This document shows positions 9,354-18,969 of a stretch of DNA of 64,000 bases, piece by piece (within the stretch, counting starts at the first letter, position 1; each line of letters starts with the position of its first letter). The notes beneath the pieces are model-generated. The model saw only the letters and a list, made by a program, of their open reading frames with translations. It was not told the origin of the DNA and ran no database searches. Origin of the DNA: a virus. Lineage: Duplodnaviria; Caudoviricetes. A program made the position numbers and the translations under genes. Where the stretch lies: the IMG/VR virus record IMGVR_UViG_3300029288_000063, positions 32,001 to 96,000 of that record; one strand, written 5' to 3'.

Positions 9354-9491
9354 ATGTCAAACCAAAAGGTCTGCCCGTATTGCGGGAAACAGATGTCTAG
9401 TTACGTTCGAGTGTGCCCTGATTGCAAAAAGATTGTTATAGGCGGAGATTCGTCTTTTGTCGGTTTTGACAGGAAGAAAGATGGCAAATAA
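9354..9491 (+). CDS. Small Zn-ribbon protein
   Basis: CPYC...CPDC; AGGA RBS. Confidence 0.5.
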   Translation: MSNQKVCPYCGKQMSSYVRVCPDCKKIVIGGDSSFVGFDRKKDGK

Positions 9492-10101
9492 CTATCTCAG
9501 TTACTCTGCGATGTTGTTTGATTCGGACGACGAGGTTTTGTCGCCAGAAGAAGTTGCGTTTTTTGAGGCTGTTTTGGATAACCAGAAGTCCGAAGACTTC
9601 GATGGAGAGCCGATTTGTTTGGAGATTAAAAAAGACAGATCAGGGAACCAGTGCAACGTTTGGTTCAATGGTGAAGAGAGCGGAAATATCGAAGGTGTTG
9701 CCAATTTGGTAGAGGAGTTTATCGGAAGGTTTCCGGCGCGTTCCGGGCTTATTTTTCACTTGGCGTGGGCGACGTGGTGCGACAAACCACGCGTTGATGA
9801 GTTTGCGGGCGGTGCTGTCGTCGTGTCGTCGTCCGGTCAGCGGTGGATGAGTTCGGATGAGTTTTTGCATAAGGTTCGTGAGGAAATCGAAAGTGGAAGA
9901 CTGTTGGATAAGGCGGAGCGTGAGAGGGAGATTCCACCGTTATCTGTTTCGAAAGAAGCCCATATTGTTTGGCGAGAGAGGGATGGAGAATGGCGTTCAA
10001 AAGTTTTGGTACATCCGCCGTGCGCGGAGGGGAAGTTGGATGCGGAGTCGGTGGGGGCGGTGGGGGCAGCTATCGTATTCGGAGGGAGTTCCGGGGGGTA
10101 G
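9481..10101 (+). CDS. Hypothetical phage protein
   Basis: AGGA RBS; contains a WATWCDKPRVDEFAGGAVVV block. Confidence 0.65.
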   Translation: MANNYLSYSAMLFDSDDEVLSPEEVAFFEAVLDNQKSEDFDGEPICLEIKKDRSGNQCNVWFNGEESGNIEGVANLVEEFIGRFPARSGLIFHLAWATWCDKPRVDEFAGGAVVVSSSGQRWMSSDEFLHKVREEIESGRLLDKAEREREIPPLSVSKEAHIVWRERDGEWRSKVLVHPPCAEGKLDAESVGAVGAAIVFGGSSGG

Positions 10102-10112
10102 CGTCTGACGCC

Positions 10113-10676
10113 ATGCGTTATGGCTGGGTTTTTGTTGTCGTCCTTGTGTTTTGCCTGTGTCTCGTTTCTGCCGGTGAGGCGTGGCAGCCACCGATGATGT
10201 CTGTGACGGTGCCGACCTGTTCGTCTGTTTCCGTCGCACCTGTGGCATTGTCCGAAACGGAAGTCGTGATGCCTGAAGAGGTTTGTCTGCCAGAACCGCA
10301 GGTTTTGGTTAAGCCTGAACCTGTTGCTGTTGCCCGCCCGGCGAGTCCTGTTGTGGAACGCCCGTATCGTATCGTCCGGGCAAAGGTGACGGCGTATTGT
10401 CCGTGTGCCCGTTGTTGTGGACGTAATTCGCCGGGCATTACGTCGACGAATACTTCGGCGTGGAGGCGTGGTCTGGCGGTTGACCCGAGGGCTATTTCGT
10501 ATGGCACAAAAATCGAAATCGCCGGTTACGGCATTGCGTCGGCGGATGACACTGGCGGTGCGATGCGTCGCAGTTATCGTCGTGGGATTGTGCAGATTGA
10601 CGTGCGGATGAAGAATCACAGTGCGGCGCAGGAGTGGGGTGTTCGTTGGATGAATGTCAAGGTGTTTTCAAAGTAA
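10113..10676 (+). CDS. Exported 3D (Asp-Asp-Asp) domain protein, putative lytic transglycosylase
   Basis: Signal peptide; VTAYCPC...LAVDP...YGT...DTGGA...IDV motifs. Confidence 0.85.
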   Translation: MRYGWVFVVVLVFCLCLVSAGEAWQPPMMSVTVPTCSSVSVAPVALSETEVVMPEEVCLPEPQVLVKPEPVAVARPASPVVERPYRIVRAKVTAYCPCARCCGRNSPGITSTNTSAWRRGLAVDPRAISYGTKIEIAGYGIASADDTGGAMRRSYRRGIVQIDVRMKNHSAAQEWGVRWMNVKVFSK

Positions 10677-10688
10677 AGGAGTTCTTCT

Positions 10689-11297
10689 GTGGGAACGCGA
10701 AACCTAACAGCAGTATTTGTTGGTGGAAAATACACGATTGCGAAATACTGTCAATGGGATGGCTATCCGAACGGTCAGGGTGTTGATTTGCTTCGGTTCC
10801 TTCGTGACGAGGCGGAGCCAACCTTCGCGTCAAAGTGTGCGGATGCCCGTATTGCCACGAAGGAGGAAATCGTAGCCGCGTATACGTCGTGTGGAGCGGC
10901 TCCGAACTCTGACCTTGTCTCTTTTGAAGTCTCCGATAAGGTTTTTGATTTGTTCCCGAACCTTCATCGCGATATGGGTGGTGCCGATGCTCTTCGGTTT
11001 GTGCAGGAAAACGCGCCCGGCGTTGCGTTTCCGTTTTCCCTTGGGTTCGCGGCGGATTCGCTGTTTTGCGAGTGGGCGTATGTTGTTGATTTCGACAAGG
11101 GAACGTTTGAGGTGTACGAGGGGTTCAACAAAGAACCGCTTGACGAGAGCGAACGTTTCGCCAATGTCGATGGTGCGGAGAAGTCGAATAAGGAATACTA
11201 CCCAGTTCGTTTGTCCGCGACGTTTTCGCTCTCCGACCTGCCGTCCGACGAGGTTTTTTTGAAGACGTTTGCAAAGGAAGATGAATGCGATGAATGA
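10689..11297 (+). CDS. Hypothetical protein with M[GS]TR...YCx[WF]DGYP motif (paralogue of 24222)
   Basis: MGTRNL...YCQWDGYP...EWAY. Confidence 0.75.
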   Translation: MGTRNLTAVFVGGKYTIAKYCQWDGYPNGQGVDLLRFLRDEAEPTFASKCADARIATKEEIVAAYTSCGAAPNSDLVSFEVSDKVFDLFPNLHRDMGGADALRFVQENAPGVAFPFSLGFAADSLFCEWAYVVDFDKGTFEVYEGFNKEPLDESERFANVDGAEKSNKEYYPVRLSATFSLSDLPSDEVFLKTFAKEDECDE

Positions 11298-11559
11298 CCG
11301 CTTGGTGTTTCTCGTTATGGAGCCGCTGGATGGTGGTCAGAAGACCGTCACAAGCGTGCAAGGACCGAACGAGGAAGAAGTGTTCGAGAACCTCCGTATG
11401 TCGCCGTCAGGGCGTCCATATCGCGCCACAATGGTCGTTCTGACGTATTCTGACGCCGGGGTGTCGTCGAAGGCAATGGTGAAGGTGTTGCCGGAGAAGC
11501 CGGTTGGCGATTCCGCTGTTCGGCTTGGTTCGGGTTCTTTGCCAGATTTGCCAGTATGA
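11290..11559 (+). CDS. Hypothetical protein
   Basis: Overlapping start with the upstream gene. Confidence 0.55.
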   Translation: MNDRLVFLVMEPLDGGQKTVTSVQGPNEEEVFENLRMSPSGRPYRATMVVLTYSDAGVSSKAMVKVLPEKPVGDSAVRLGSGSLPDLPV

Positions 11560-11568
11560 CCCGATAGT
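11542..11568 (+). promoter_or_regulatory. sigma28-like promoter CCAG-N15-CCGATAGT
   Basis: Recurring motif, exact spacer. Confidence 0.6.
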
Positions 11569-11661
11569 ATGCCAGCGGGGTGGCTACTGTCGGGCAGTCC
11601 ACGGTCCAGAGGTACGCCGAATTCTCATTGTTTTCGGTGTGTGGATTTTTTTGTTTTTCTG

Positions 11662-11688
11662 CCATTTTTTTCAATCCTGCACGATAGT
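11662..11688 (+). promoter_or_regulatory. sigma28-like promoter variant CCAT-N15-ACGATAGT
   Basis: Same geometry, directly upstream of the cobT-like gene. Confidence 0.5.
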
Positions 11689-11717
11689 CCTTTGTAAGCC
11701 CAAAGGAGAGAGAAAAA

Positions 11718-13703
11718 ATGGCATTCAGCGTAAACGCACAAGAAGTTGGTTACACGTCAGCCGCCCGGTTCATCGCATCTGACCGCGACACGCGGGTCAT
11801 GTTTGACGCGGTTGGCTGTGCACCGCACGCCGAAGGCTTGCTGGAAGGCGACACGGTTCACACTCTTCACCTTGGCGTTTGCCCCGTCCTCCCATCGGAC
11901 ACCGATAATCTGCTTCTGACCACGGCTTGCTGGCACGAAGCCCTTCACATTCGCCATTCGTGCGGGCTTCGCAAGGAAGAGTTCCCGCAGGGTTCCCTGC
12001 ACACGATTATGAACAGCCTCGAAGACAACCGCATCGAACGCTACGGCGCGGAAGAGTATGCCGGTGTTGGACCGATGATGCTTGAGTCGTCGATTTACTA
12101 CAACAAGAAGATTGGCGCACAGATTAGCACCGGCGAGGTTGACGCCCCATTGTGGGAAGCGGTTTGCGCGATGGATATGATGGAGCGTGGTTTGGTTCCG
12201 TCGTGGGTGCTGACCCCGAAGGCTCAGAAATACGTCGATGCGGCGTATGAGCTGTATGTCCAGATTCGCAAGATTTCTAAGGCTGACGGGATTCGTGCGG
12301 TTTTGGCGCTTGCGAAGGAAATCCACAAGAAGCTGGTTGAGGTCAACAAGGACATCGAAAAGGAATCCAAGCCCGAGCCGAAGAAGGAAAAGTCAGATAA
12401 GAAGGAAGGCGAAGACGAAGGTGAAGGTGAAGGCGAAGGCGAAGGCGAAGGCGAGGAAAGCGGGAAGCCCAGCGCCGCCGGTGATATTGAATCCGAGGAG
12501 GAAGAATCCAAGGGTGCCGGTTCGTCCGATGATTCTGAGGAGTCGGAAGAAGACGAAGAAAAGTCATCCGGCTTAGAAGCCGAAAATACCGAAGACGGCG
12601 AAGACGAGTCTGATGGTTCCGACAAGACGTCCGAGGAAGCCGAAGACAAAGCCGCCGAGGAAGCCGAAGACAAAGCTGCCGAGGAAGCCGAAGACAAAGC
12701 TGCCGAGGAAGCTGCCAAGGCGAAGATGGACGAAGAGGTGAAGGGTGGCAAGGACAAGAAAGATACAATCTGCGAAGATGTCCAGAAGAAGGTTGATGCC
12801 CTGCCAGCCGCCGAACGCCAGTATATTCCCGACCGTTGCAACGACCGCATCGAAATCATCGAAAAGCGTTCCGGTGACGACGAGCTGTATCGTGAGGGCT
12901 TGAAGCAGGTGTCCGGCAAGGTTGCCGTGATGGGTTCTGTCATCGAACAGGCGCTTCGGGCTATGGCGAAGAAGAAGATTCGCCCGAACCGCGAAGCTGG
13001 GATGCTGGACGAAAACAACCTCGTTGCCGCCGCCCGTGGGCTGACCAAGGCTGTGTTCAAAGACGAGGTTGACGGTTCCAAACTGAACACGGTTGTGTCG
13101 TTCGTGATTGATGAGTCTGGTTCGATGTGCTATGAAGACCGCGTTAACCAGACCCGCCTGATGGTTATGGCTCTCGGTGAGGTTCTGTCGCGGTTCGGCA
13201 TTCCGTTTGAGGTTCTCGGCTCGACGACCACGGAAGAATACAATAAAGCCCTTTATAACGCGAGTGGCTTTACTCGGACGAACCCGCTGTGGATGCGTGT
13301 TTACAAGGGGTTCAGTGAGTCGTGGGTTGCCGCCCGTGGCAAGGTTATGCAGACGGCTGCCCGGAACAACAACATTGACGGCGAGTGGGTTGAGTTTGCC
13401 GGTCGTCGGATTGCGAAGCGCAAGGAGCGTCGGAAGATTGTGTTCAGCCTGTCGGATGGTTGTCCTGTCTCCGGTCACGGCGCAGACATCGACCGTGGAG
13501 CGATGCGGAAGAACATCATCCGCACCTGCGAGCGCCTCCGTAAGTCCGGCATCGAGGTTTACGGCTTCGGTATCAGAACCGATGAACCCAAAGCCCTGTA
13601 TGGCGAAAAGTTCTTTGTCGGTCTTGATAGTGTCGAGAAGATGGGCGAGAAGTTTTTCCGCGAGTTTGCCGCCATTCTGACCAACGGAGCGATTCGGGTT
13701 TGA
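11718..13703 (+). CDS. CobT-like protein: N-terminal HExxH-like domain, long acidic linker, C-terminal vWA
   Basis: WHEALH...NSLEDNRIE; E/D-rich linker; MIDAS DESGSM and LSDG. Confidence 0.85.
   Translation: MAFSVNAQEVGYTSAARFIASDRDTRVMFDAVGCAPHAEGLLEGDTVHTLHLGVCPVLPSDTDNLLLTTACWHEALHIRHSCGLRKEEFPQGSLHTIMNSLEDNRIERYGAEEYAGVGPMMLESSIYYNKKIGAQISTGEVDAPLWEAVCAMDMMERGLVPSWVLTPKAQKYVDAAYELYVQIRKISKADGIRAVLALAKEIHKKLVEVNKDIEKESKPEPKKEKSDKKEGEDEGEGEGEGEGEGEESGKPSAAGDIESEEEESKGAGSSDDSEESEEDEEKSSGLEAENTEDGEDESDGSDKTSEEAEDKAAEEAEDKAAEEAEDKAAEEAAKAKMDEEVKGGKDKKDTICEDVQKKVDALPAAERQYIPDRCNDRIEIIEKRSGDDELYREGLKQVSGKVAVMGSVIEQALRAMAKKKIRPNREAGMLDENNLVAAARGLTKAVFKDEVDGSKLNTVVSFVIDESGSMCYEDRVNQTRLMVMALGEVLSRFGIPFEVLGSTTTEEYNKALYNASGFTRTNPLWMRVYKGFSESWVAARGKVMQTAARNNNIDGEWVEFAGRRIAKRKERRKIVFSLSDGCPVSGHGADIDRGAMRKNIIRTCERLRKSGIEVYGFGIRTDEPKALYGEKFFVGLDSVEKMGEKFFREFAAILTNGAIRV
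12633..12716 (+). repeat. 3.5 x 24-bp in-frame tandem repeat (EEAEDKAA)
   Basis: gaggaagccgaagacaaagc(c/t)gcc at 12633, 12657 and 12681, plus a partial copy. Confidence 0.9.
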
Positions 13704-13706
13704 GTG

Positions 13707-13733
13707 TCAGAATTTCCCGTGTTGCCCGATAGT
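13707..13733 (+). promoter_or_regulatory. sigma28-like promoter TCAG-N15-CCGATAGT
   Basis: Recurring motif, exact spacer, intergenic. Confidence 0.65.
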
Positions 13734-13765
13734 TGTGTGTAGGATTTCAAAGGAGGAGCCGTTCG

Positions 13766-14398
13766 ATGAGTGTGTTAATGGCTGCACACAATTACCGAGT
13801 TGGTCACGACAAGGTTTACATTGTCGGTGTTGTTCCGTTGCCGGGAGGCAAATTTGGTGTTGTTGCACGGTGGGGGAAGAACGCGGGGTCGTTGCCGTCG
13901 TCAAACGAGAAACAATACCACGAGTGCAATACCCTCGCGGAAGCTGGAAGCCGGGTTGTTTCGATTATCAACAAGAAAATCGGATCGGGTTATGTTAACA
14001 TCGAATCGGCGGAGTATGCGCCAAGGGGTACGCGCTTTACAATGGTGGAAGCCCGCCGCCAGTTCGGAAAGAAGCTTGCCGACGAGTTTGTTGCGCAGCC
14101 GGATGACACTGTTCCCACGACAAAAGCGGCAAAGCCTGTTGCCGCCCAAAAAGATGTTCCGTCGCAGTCCAAGAGTGGTTTTCATATCCCGAACGATATT
14201 GAGGTTCTTGTTGTTTGTGTTGACCCCGTTGGCTCGTGTCGTGACGGGATGGATGTCCGCGATGGTTTCGACAAAGACGACGAGTATGTTGCCAAGGCGT
14301 CACCACTGGGCGATAAGTTCGTGCAGGTGTTTGACCGTTTTGGAAAGCCTCGTTCGGTTCCGCAGGAGCAGTTCAAGTTTGTTGCGGCTGTCGAGTGA
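13766..14398 (+). CDS. WGR-domain protein
   Basis: DKVY...VVARWGK...KKIGSGY; AGGAGG RBS. Confidence 0.7.
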   Translation: MSVLMAAHNYRVGHDKVYIVGVVPLPGGKFGVVARWGKNAGSLPSSNEKQYHECNTLAEAGSRVVSIINKKIGSGYVNIESAEYAPRGTRFTMVEARRQFGKKLADEFVAQPDDTVPTTKAAKPVAAQKDVPSQSKSGFHIPNDIEVLVVCVDPVGSCRDGMDVRDGFDKDDEYVAKASPLGDKFVQVFDRFGKPRSVPQEQFKFVAAVE

Positions 14399-14419
14399 AA
14401 ATGGGGAAAGGTTTCCTCG

Positions 14420-15100
14420 ATGAACTTTGCTAGGTTTACGGCACCAGAGCCAGATTCGGAACACCTGTTCTTGCCGGGGAAAACATACATTCTCGACAAT
14501 GTTGTTCGTGGTGTGGAGATTGGCGATAATGCTGCCATCCTTGTCGGAGGTCGTCGCGTCGAGGTTGGTTTTTCCGACAAGCGGTTTCGGTTTTCTGCCG
14601 AGTCGTATGCCGTTTGGCTTGGCTCCGGACCGCGTCTTGGCGATACGCCGGGCACGGTCGTCCTCGTGGACGGTGTTGATGAGGATGGGTTGTATGTTGC
14701 CGGGAAGGGTTTTGTTCAGGCGAAGAACCTTCTTCTTGTTGACCGTTTGATTTTGTTGCCCGGTGTGTGGGTGATGGATAGGTATAATGAGAAGTGGTCA
14801 CGGATTGTCGTCGTGGATAGTTCCGACGCCATATCGGTGACAATCAATACGGCGAAAAGGCGTCCATTGTCTGAATTTGTGTTCCCCGTTTGTGGGGGTA
14901 GAATTCTTGATGTTCCCCGAGTTGTATGCCAAGATGCGTTCCTTGCGGAAGAAGGTCTTGAGGAGGGCAAGTTGTATCCTCTTGAGCAGGGTTGGCCGGG
15001 CGGCGCGGGGACGGTTGTTGTAACGGTGGAAGATTCACATGAAAAAGCTCTCGCGAACAGATTTTTGTGGGAAAATTGCAAAAAATCACACGAAGCATAG
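14420..15100 (+). CDS. Hypothetical protein
   Basis: 226-aa packed ORF. Confidence 0.65.
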   Translation: MNFARFTAPEPDSEHLFLPGKTYILDNVVRGVEIGDNAAILVGGRRVEVGFSDKRFRFSAESYAVWLGSGPRLGDTPGTVVLVDGVDEDGLYVAGKGFVQAKNLLLVDRLILLPGVWVMDRYNEKWSRIVVVDSSDAISVTINTAKRRPLSEFVFPVCGGRILDVPRVVCQDAFLAEEGLEEGKLYPLEQGWPGGAGTVVVTVEDSHEKALANRFLWENCKKSHEA

Positions 15101-15127
15101 CCAGAAAATCTCAGGCTCCCCGATAGT
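15101..15127 (+). promoter_or_regulatory. sigma28-like promoter CCAG-N15-CCGATAGT
   Basis: Recurring motif upstream of the cobS-like gene. Confidence 0.65.
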
Positions 15128-15162
15128 CCTCTGTTGCGATAAAACCCCCAAGGAGGATTGAG

Positions 15163-16350
15163 ATGCCTATTAGCGACGCGGAAGTCAACGAACTCTACGA
15201 AAAAATCAACACGCTTCTCGGAGATTCCGATGAGGTAGAAATCAGCGACGCCGGTGTTATCGAGAAGCTTGGCGGACTGATGAAGCGTCGTCTTGCCGAG
15301 AAGGGCATCGTGGTAAAGGGTCTGGACAAGGACAAGGGTGTTGTGCGGTTTTCCCGCACGTCGATGACGACCAAGTCCCACGCGAGTCCCGTGTCGAAGA
15401 TGTCTGTTGCCGAAACGACTGTTCCGGCGGACGCCGCCGATATGACGAAGCACAGTCTGTATCTTCCGCCCAACTACAAGCGCATCAAGTCCCTGTTGGA
15501 AGACAATGTTCCGGCTGTGCCGTTCTTTATTGGCCCGGCTGGTTGTGCCAAGACGACAATCGCCGAGCACCTGTCGAAGGAACTTGGTCTGAAATACTTC
15601 GGGTTCTCGTGCACCCCGCAGACCCAAATCGTCCACATGATGGGTAAGACCGAGTTGGTAACGGATAAGGCGTCCGGTCAGTCGGTCACCAAGTTCGTGA
15701 TGGGCTCCGTCCTTCAGGCGGCGACGTGCGGGTTGGACGAGGAAGGCAATGAGGTTGGTTCCGCAGGTCTCCTGTGTCTCGACGAGTTCGGTTCGCTGGA
15801 TGAAGGCACTGCCCTGTTGTTCAATGGGTTCTGGACGGAAGAAGCACGCCGGAAGATTACGTACGAGGGAAAGACATACCACTGCCACTCGAAGTTCCGC
15901 GTGGTTCTGACCGGCAACAACGCTGGGCGCGGCAACAACTCCATGACCCAGTCGGTCTATACCGCCCAGTCGACCATGAAGGACGCGTCGACCCTCGACC
16001 GTATCTATCCGTTCCGCTTCGGGTATATGGTTGACGCGGAGCAGAAGATTATGCTTCAGCGTACCCACGATGACGACTTTGTTGCCAAGATGACCCAGTT
16101 CGCGGCGAACATCCGCAGCGCAATCAAATCGGGCGAGTGCCAGACGCCGTTCACGACCCGTACGTTGGTCAAGGTTGCGAATGCGTACCGCGTGTGGGGT
16201 GATATCGGTTACGCTATCCGCAACGCGGTTTACGACGGTCTGGCGTCTGAACAGGAACGCGCCGTGTATGCGACAGCTTCACAGACCTGCCTCGGCATCG
16301 ACCTTGCCAAGAAGGCGAACGATGGTGGGAAAATCGAGTACATGGACTAA
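15163..16350 (+). CDS. CobS-like AAA+ ATPase
   Basis: Walker A GPAGCAKT, Walker B LCLDE, TGN sensor, STLDR arginine finger, TTR sensor 2. Confidence 0.85.
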   Translation: MPISDAEVNELYEKINTLLGDSDEVEISDAGVIEKLGGLMKRRLAEKGIVVKGLDKDKGVVRFSRTSMTTKSHASPVSKMSVAETTVPADAADMTKHSLYLPPNYKRIKSLLEDNVPAVPFFIGPAGCAKTTIAEHLSKELGLKYFGFSCTPQTQIVHMMGKTELVTDKASGQSVTKFVMGSVLQAATCGLDEEGNEVGSAGLLCLDEFGSLDEGTALLFNGFWTEEARRKITYEGKTYHCHSKFRVVLTGNNAGRGNNSMTQSVYTAQSTMKDASTLDRIYPFRFGYMVDAEQKIMLQRTHDDDFVAKMTQFAANIRSAIKSGECQTPFTTRTLVKVANAYRVWGDIGYAIRNAVYDGLASEQERAVYATASQTCLGIDLAKKANDGGKIEYMD

Positions 16351-16362
16351 GGAGGGGAACCA

Positions 16363-16629
16363 GTGGATGATAAATTTTTGAAAGGCGTTGTCAAGTTTCG
16401 AGAAGACGTGAAGCGGCTTTTCAACATGACGCGTCGAGATATCCTTGAGTATGTTCTTGTTCCATATGGTCTCATTTCTGTTGATGTTATTGCGTTTGAT
16501 TATGAGCTGCATAAGCGGCATGGCGACTACGAAAAAGACGGCATGTCCATGATGGCTGTTGTCCGTAAGGAATACGGCGAGGAGGCTGCAAAATGGCTGA
16601 AGGATAACGTGGAGACAAACCAGTCGTGA
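16363..16629 (+). CDS. Hypothetical protein
   Basis: AGGAGG RBS. Confidence 0.65.
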   Translation: MDDKFLKGVVKFREDVKRLFNMTRRDILEYVLVPYGLISVDVIAFDYELHKRHGDYEKDGMSMMAVVRKEYGEEAAKWLKDNVETNQS

Positions 16630-16743
16630 ATTGTTGCCCAGCATGATTGCCTATTGTTACCAGTGTGGCGATAAGGTTGGTCGTATCTGTGATGGTGTGT
16701 TTGTTCCGAAAAAAACCAAAAACTCTTGACTGGAGGCATCAAC

Positions 16744-17220
16744 ATGCGATATGCTGTGAAGTGGCAAGATGGCGACGTTGTCCGTTATGGCGTTGTATAT
16801 GACAAGGCTGTCAATGGAGTTGTTACTGTGTATGATGCCGTATTGCCCGTTTCCTATGAGGTCCGTGAATCCATCCTTGTGGATATCGAGATGAAGATGG
16901 GTCGGTACGATTTCAAGACTGGTGAGTGGAGTGGGCAGGACGAGTTCCACGCCTTTATTACCAGTGAACACAAAAAGGCTGTCGAGTTGTCTGATTCGCT
17001 TCCCGAAGGGGTGTTTGTTGGGAAGGCGTTCTCGGTTGGTGTTGGTGACGGCTCGGCGTGGTATGTTGTCACCAAGGTTGGCAAGCGGAAGTGTTCGGTG
17101 GAATGGCGTGGGTTTTGCCCCGACCGTTACTTCGCGCCTGTTTTGGGGAGTGGCGGCTCGTTTGCGATTTCTTCAATCCGTCCGATGATTCGGAGCTTTT
17201 CGTTGACCCCTTTCCGTTGA
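16744..17220 (+). CDS. Hypothetical protein
   Basis: GGAGG RBS. Confidence 0.7.
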   Translation: MRYAVKWQDGDVVRYGVVYDKAVNGVVTVYDAVLPVSYEVRESILVDIEMKMGRYDFKTGEWSGQDEFHAFITSEHKKAVELSDSLPEGVFVGKAFSVGVGDGSAWYVVTKVGKRKCSVEWRGFCPDRYFAPVLGSGGSFAISSIRPMIRSFSLTPFR

Positions 17221-17227
17221 GGTGACT

Positions 17228-17539
17228 ATGTTTGTAAACCGCTATCAGATTTACGAAATGAAAGGTCGTCGTGTTCGTGCGATGATTCCACCGCGTTTCG
17301 GCGGAGGCGATGTCACCGGAGACGTTGTCAATGTTTACCGGGATGTTGCCAAGAAAACCATTTCCATCAAGTTCTCCGAACAAGAGTTGGTTTTCCGTGA
17401 ACCGACCGATGTCGTGTGTGATGGTAACATGGTCTCATTCGTTTACAAAGAGAGTGTCGAAAGCGTTGAGCAGGATGGAGAACTCGTAGAAGCAGAGCCA
17501 GTTGTCGTGGCTGTTGTTTCTTTTGAAATTTTGACATGA
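17228..17539 (+). CDS. Hypothetical protein
   Basis: GAGGT RBS. Confidence 0.65.
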   Translation: MFVNRYQIYEMKGRRVRAMIPPRFGGGDVTGDVVNVYRDVAKKTISIKFSEQELVFREPTDVVCDGNMVSFVYKESVESVEQDGELVEAEPVVVAVVSFEILT

Positions 17540-17618
17540 ATTCTTCAGGATTTTTTCTTTCGGCGGACGATGGTGTATTGTGCGGGAAATAGTTCCCGCC
17601 GCCAAAGGAGAAAAGACC

Positions 17619-18539
17619 ATGATTGCCGACCTGATGAATGCCGTCGAAAAGTTCCGCGCCACCCCCGCCCCCGTGTTCGGTGGTCTCGTCGCTTGGGACC
17701 TCCCCGTTGCCGGTGAAAAGACCCTGATTGATATTCGTGAAGCCCTTGTGCGTGTCGGTCTGTCGTCCGAAATGATGCCGGAACGAAGCCACCGCGAGAC
17801 GATGTCACTCGCCATCGAACTCTTCGAAGCCAAGCATGACAATTCCATGCTCGTCCGCAAAATCCGCGATGACGCCTCCAGCATCGTCTACGGTGTGGTC
17901 GACGAGAAGAAGGACAAGGCGAACGACAAGCTGCGTTACAGCCAGAAGACCACCATCAACATGAATAAGGACACCGGTCACCTGATTGGAGAAGGACCGC
18001 ACTTCGACGAGTTCGTCGACCAGTTCCGCTGGGTTCAGACCCATGCCCTACCCGTCGACCTCCAGAAGATTATGCGTCAGGTCGTCTACATGGTTCGTGG
18101 TATCGCCTATCGTCACGGCGGCGGCACCTACTTCTATGCCGCGAGCGACAAGAATGTCGCGCTGGTATCGGCGGCGGTGGAGTTTGTTCGGTTGCTCGGG
18201 CTGACCCCGTCCCACGTCAGCAACGTCCCACTGAGCGGTGGACCGATTCAGAAGGCGGAAATCTTCCACGTTGCCAAGGAAGAAATCAAGAAGCAAATCG
18301 AAGGCATCCGCAAGGCGGCGGATAACGTCACGAAGCGGGCTTCGAGCCTGTCGAACCACGAGGGGCAGCTCAAGGATGTTGAAGAGCTGATGGAATACTA
18401 CATGACGCTGACCTCGATGGAAGAGACCGAGGAAAATCGCGAAGCGGAAGCCAAGGCACTCCGCGAGATGATTTCCGAGACCGAACTCTTCATCTCCAAG
18501 AAGATGGCTGAGGTCGAAAGCCTTCGCAAGACCGCGTAA
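17619..18539 (+). CDS. Hypothetical phage protein with C-terminal coiled coil
   Basis: AAGGAG RBS; strong codon bias; followed by a terminator. Confidence 0.75.
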   Translation: MIADLMNAVEKFRATPAPVFGGLVAWDLPVAGEKTLIDIREALVRVGLSSEMMPERSHRETMSLAIELFEAKHDNSMLVRKIRDDASSIVYGVVDEKKDKANDKLRYSQKTTINMNKDTGHLIGEGPHFDEFVDQFRWVQTHALPVDLQKIMRQVVYMVRGIAYRHGGGTYFYAASDKNVALVSAAVEFVRLLGLTPSHVSNVPLSGGPIQKAEIFHVAKEEIKKQIEGIRKAADNVTKRASSLSNHEGQLKDVEELMEYYMTLTSMEETEENREAEAKALREMISETELFISKKMAEVESLRKTA

Positions 18540-18564
18540 TTCAGGCGATTCTGAATACGGTGGC

Positions 18565-18596
18565 AAACAGGGACGAAAACTCGTCCCTGTTTTTTT
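18565..18596 (+). terminator. Intrinsic terminator
   Basis: AAACAGGGACGA-AAAC-TCGTCCCTGTTT plus T-run. Confidence 0.85.
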
Positions 18597-18673
18597 GTAA
18601 ATATATATTGACAAAGGATGCTGCGTTGATATATTGTAAAATTGAGCGTATCCTTTTATAAGGGGTTATTGTT

Positions 18674-18868
18674 GTGTCTGATAGGTTGTTGTCGGAAGTG
18701 AAAAAAAGACTGTTGCAGGACGACGTCATAGTTGTTGTGGTGTCGCCCTCCGGTCGTATTGTGGATGTGAAAGCTGACCAACCACTACCGCGCATACCGC
18801 GTGGTGGTCGTTTGTTTTCGTTGTTGCTTGGTTCCGGCAAAGTTGTCGAGGCTGACTTGTCCCTTTAG
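18674..18868 (+). CDS. Hypothetical protein
   Basis: Short ORF in a gap. Confidence 0.4.
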   Translation: MSDRLLSEVKKRLLQDDVIVVVVSPSGRIVDVKADQPLPRIPRGGRLFSLLLGSGKVVEADLSL

Positions 18869-18969
18869 TCGCCTGTTTGTTGTCGTGTATGAATCGCCCT
18901 CGGAATTTTCCCGAGGGTTTTTCGTTTGTGTGTATAATCCTATGATTGGCTTTTTTGGGAGTTTGATTG

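Noticed and set aside
12288-12330. GIRAVLALAKEIHK in the CobT-like protein as another tag copy
   Set aside because: It lacks the [VIL]-A-x-E start and the hydrophobic-small end; probably an ordinary helix.
12633-12716. Tandem repeats (also 7230-7301) as a CRISPR array
   Set aside because: They are spacer-less, in-frame coding repeats, and no cas genes are seen in the window.
14716-16068. Long minus-strand ORFs (also 12224-13090, 29703-30989, 36937-38067, 51743-52714)
   Set aside because: They are antisense shadows of well-supported + strand genes with biased codon usage, and have no recognisable motifs.
11718-16350. CobS/CobT as cobalamin-biosynthesis auxiliary genes
   Set aside because: No CobN or other cob genes are present; an AAA+/vWA chaperone pair is the more parsimonious reading.
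17545-17571. Additional CGAT promoter-like sites (17567, 27106, 35640, 16668)
   Set aside because: The upstream YCAG is not at the 15-nt spacing, so they were not counted.
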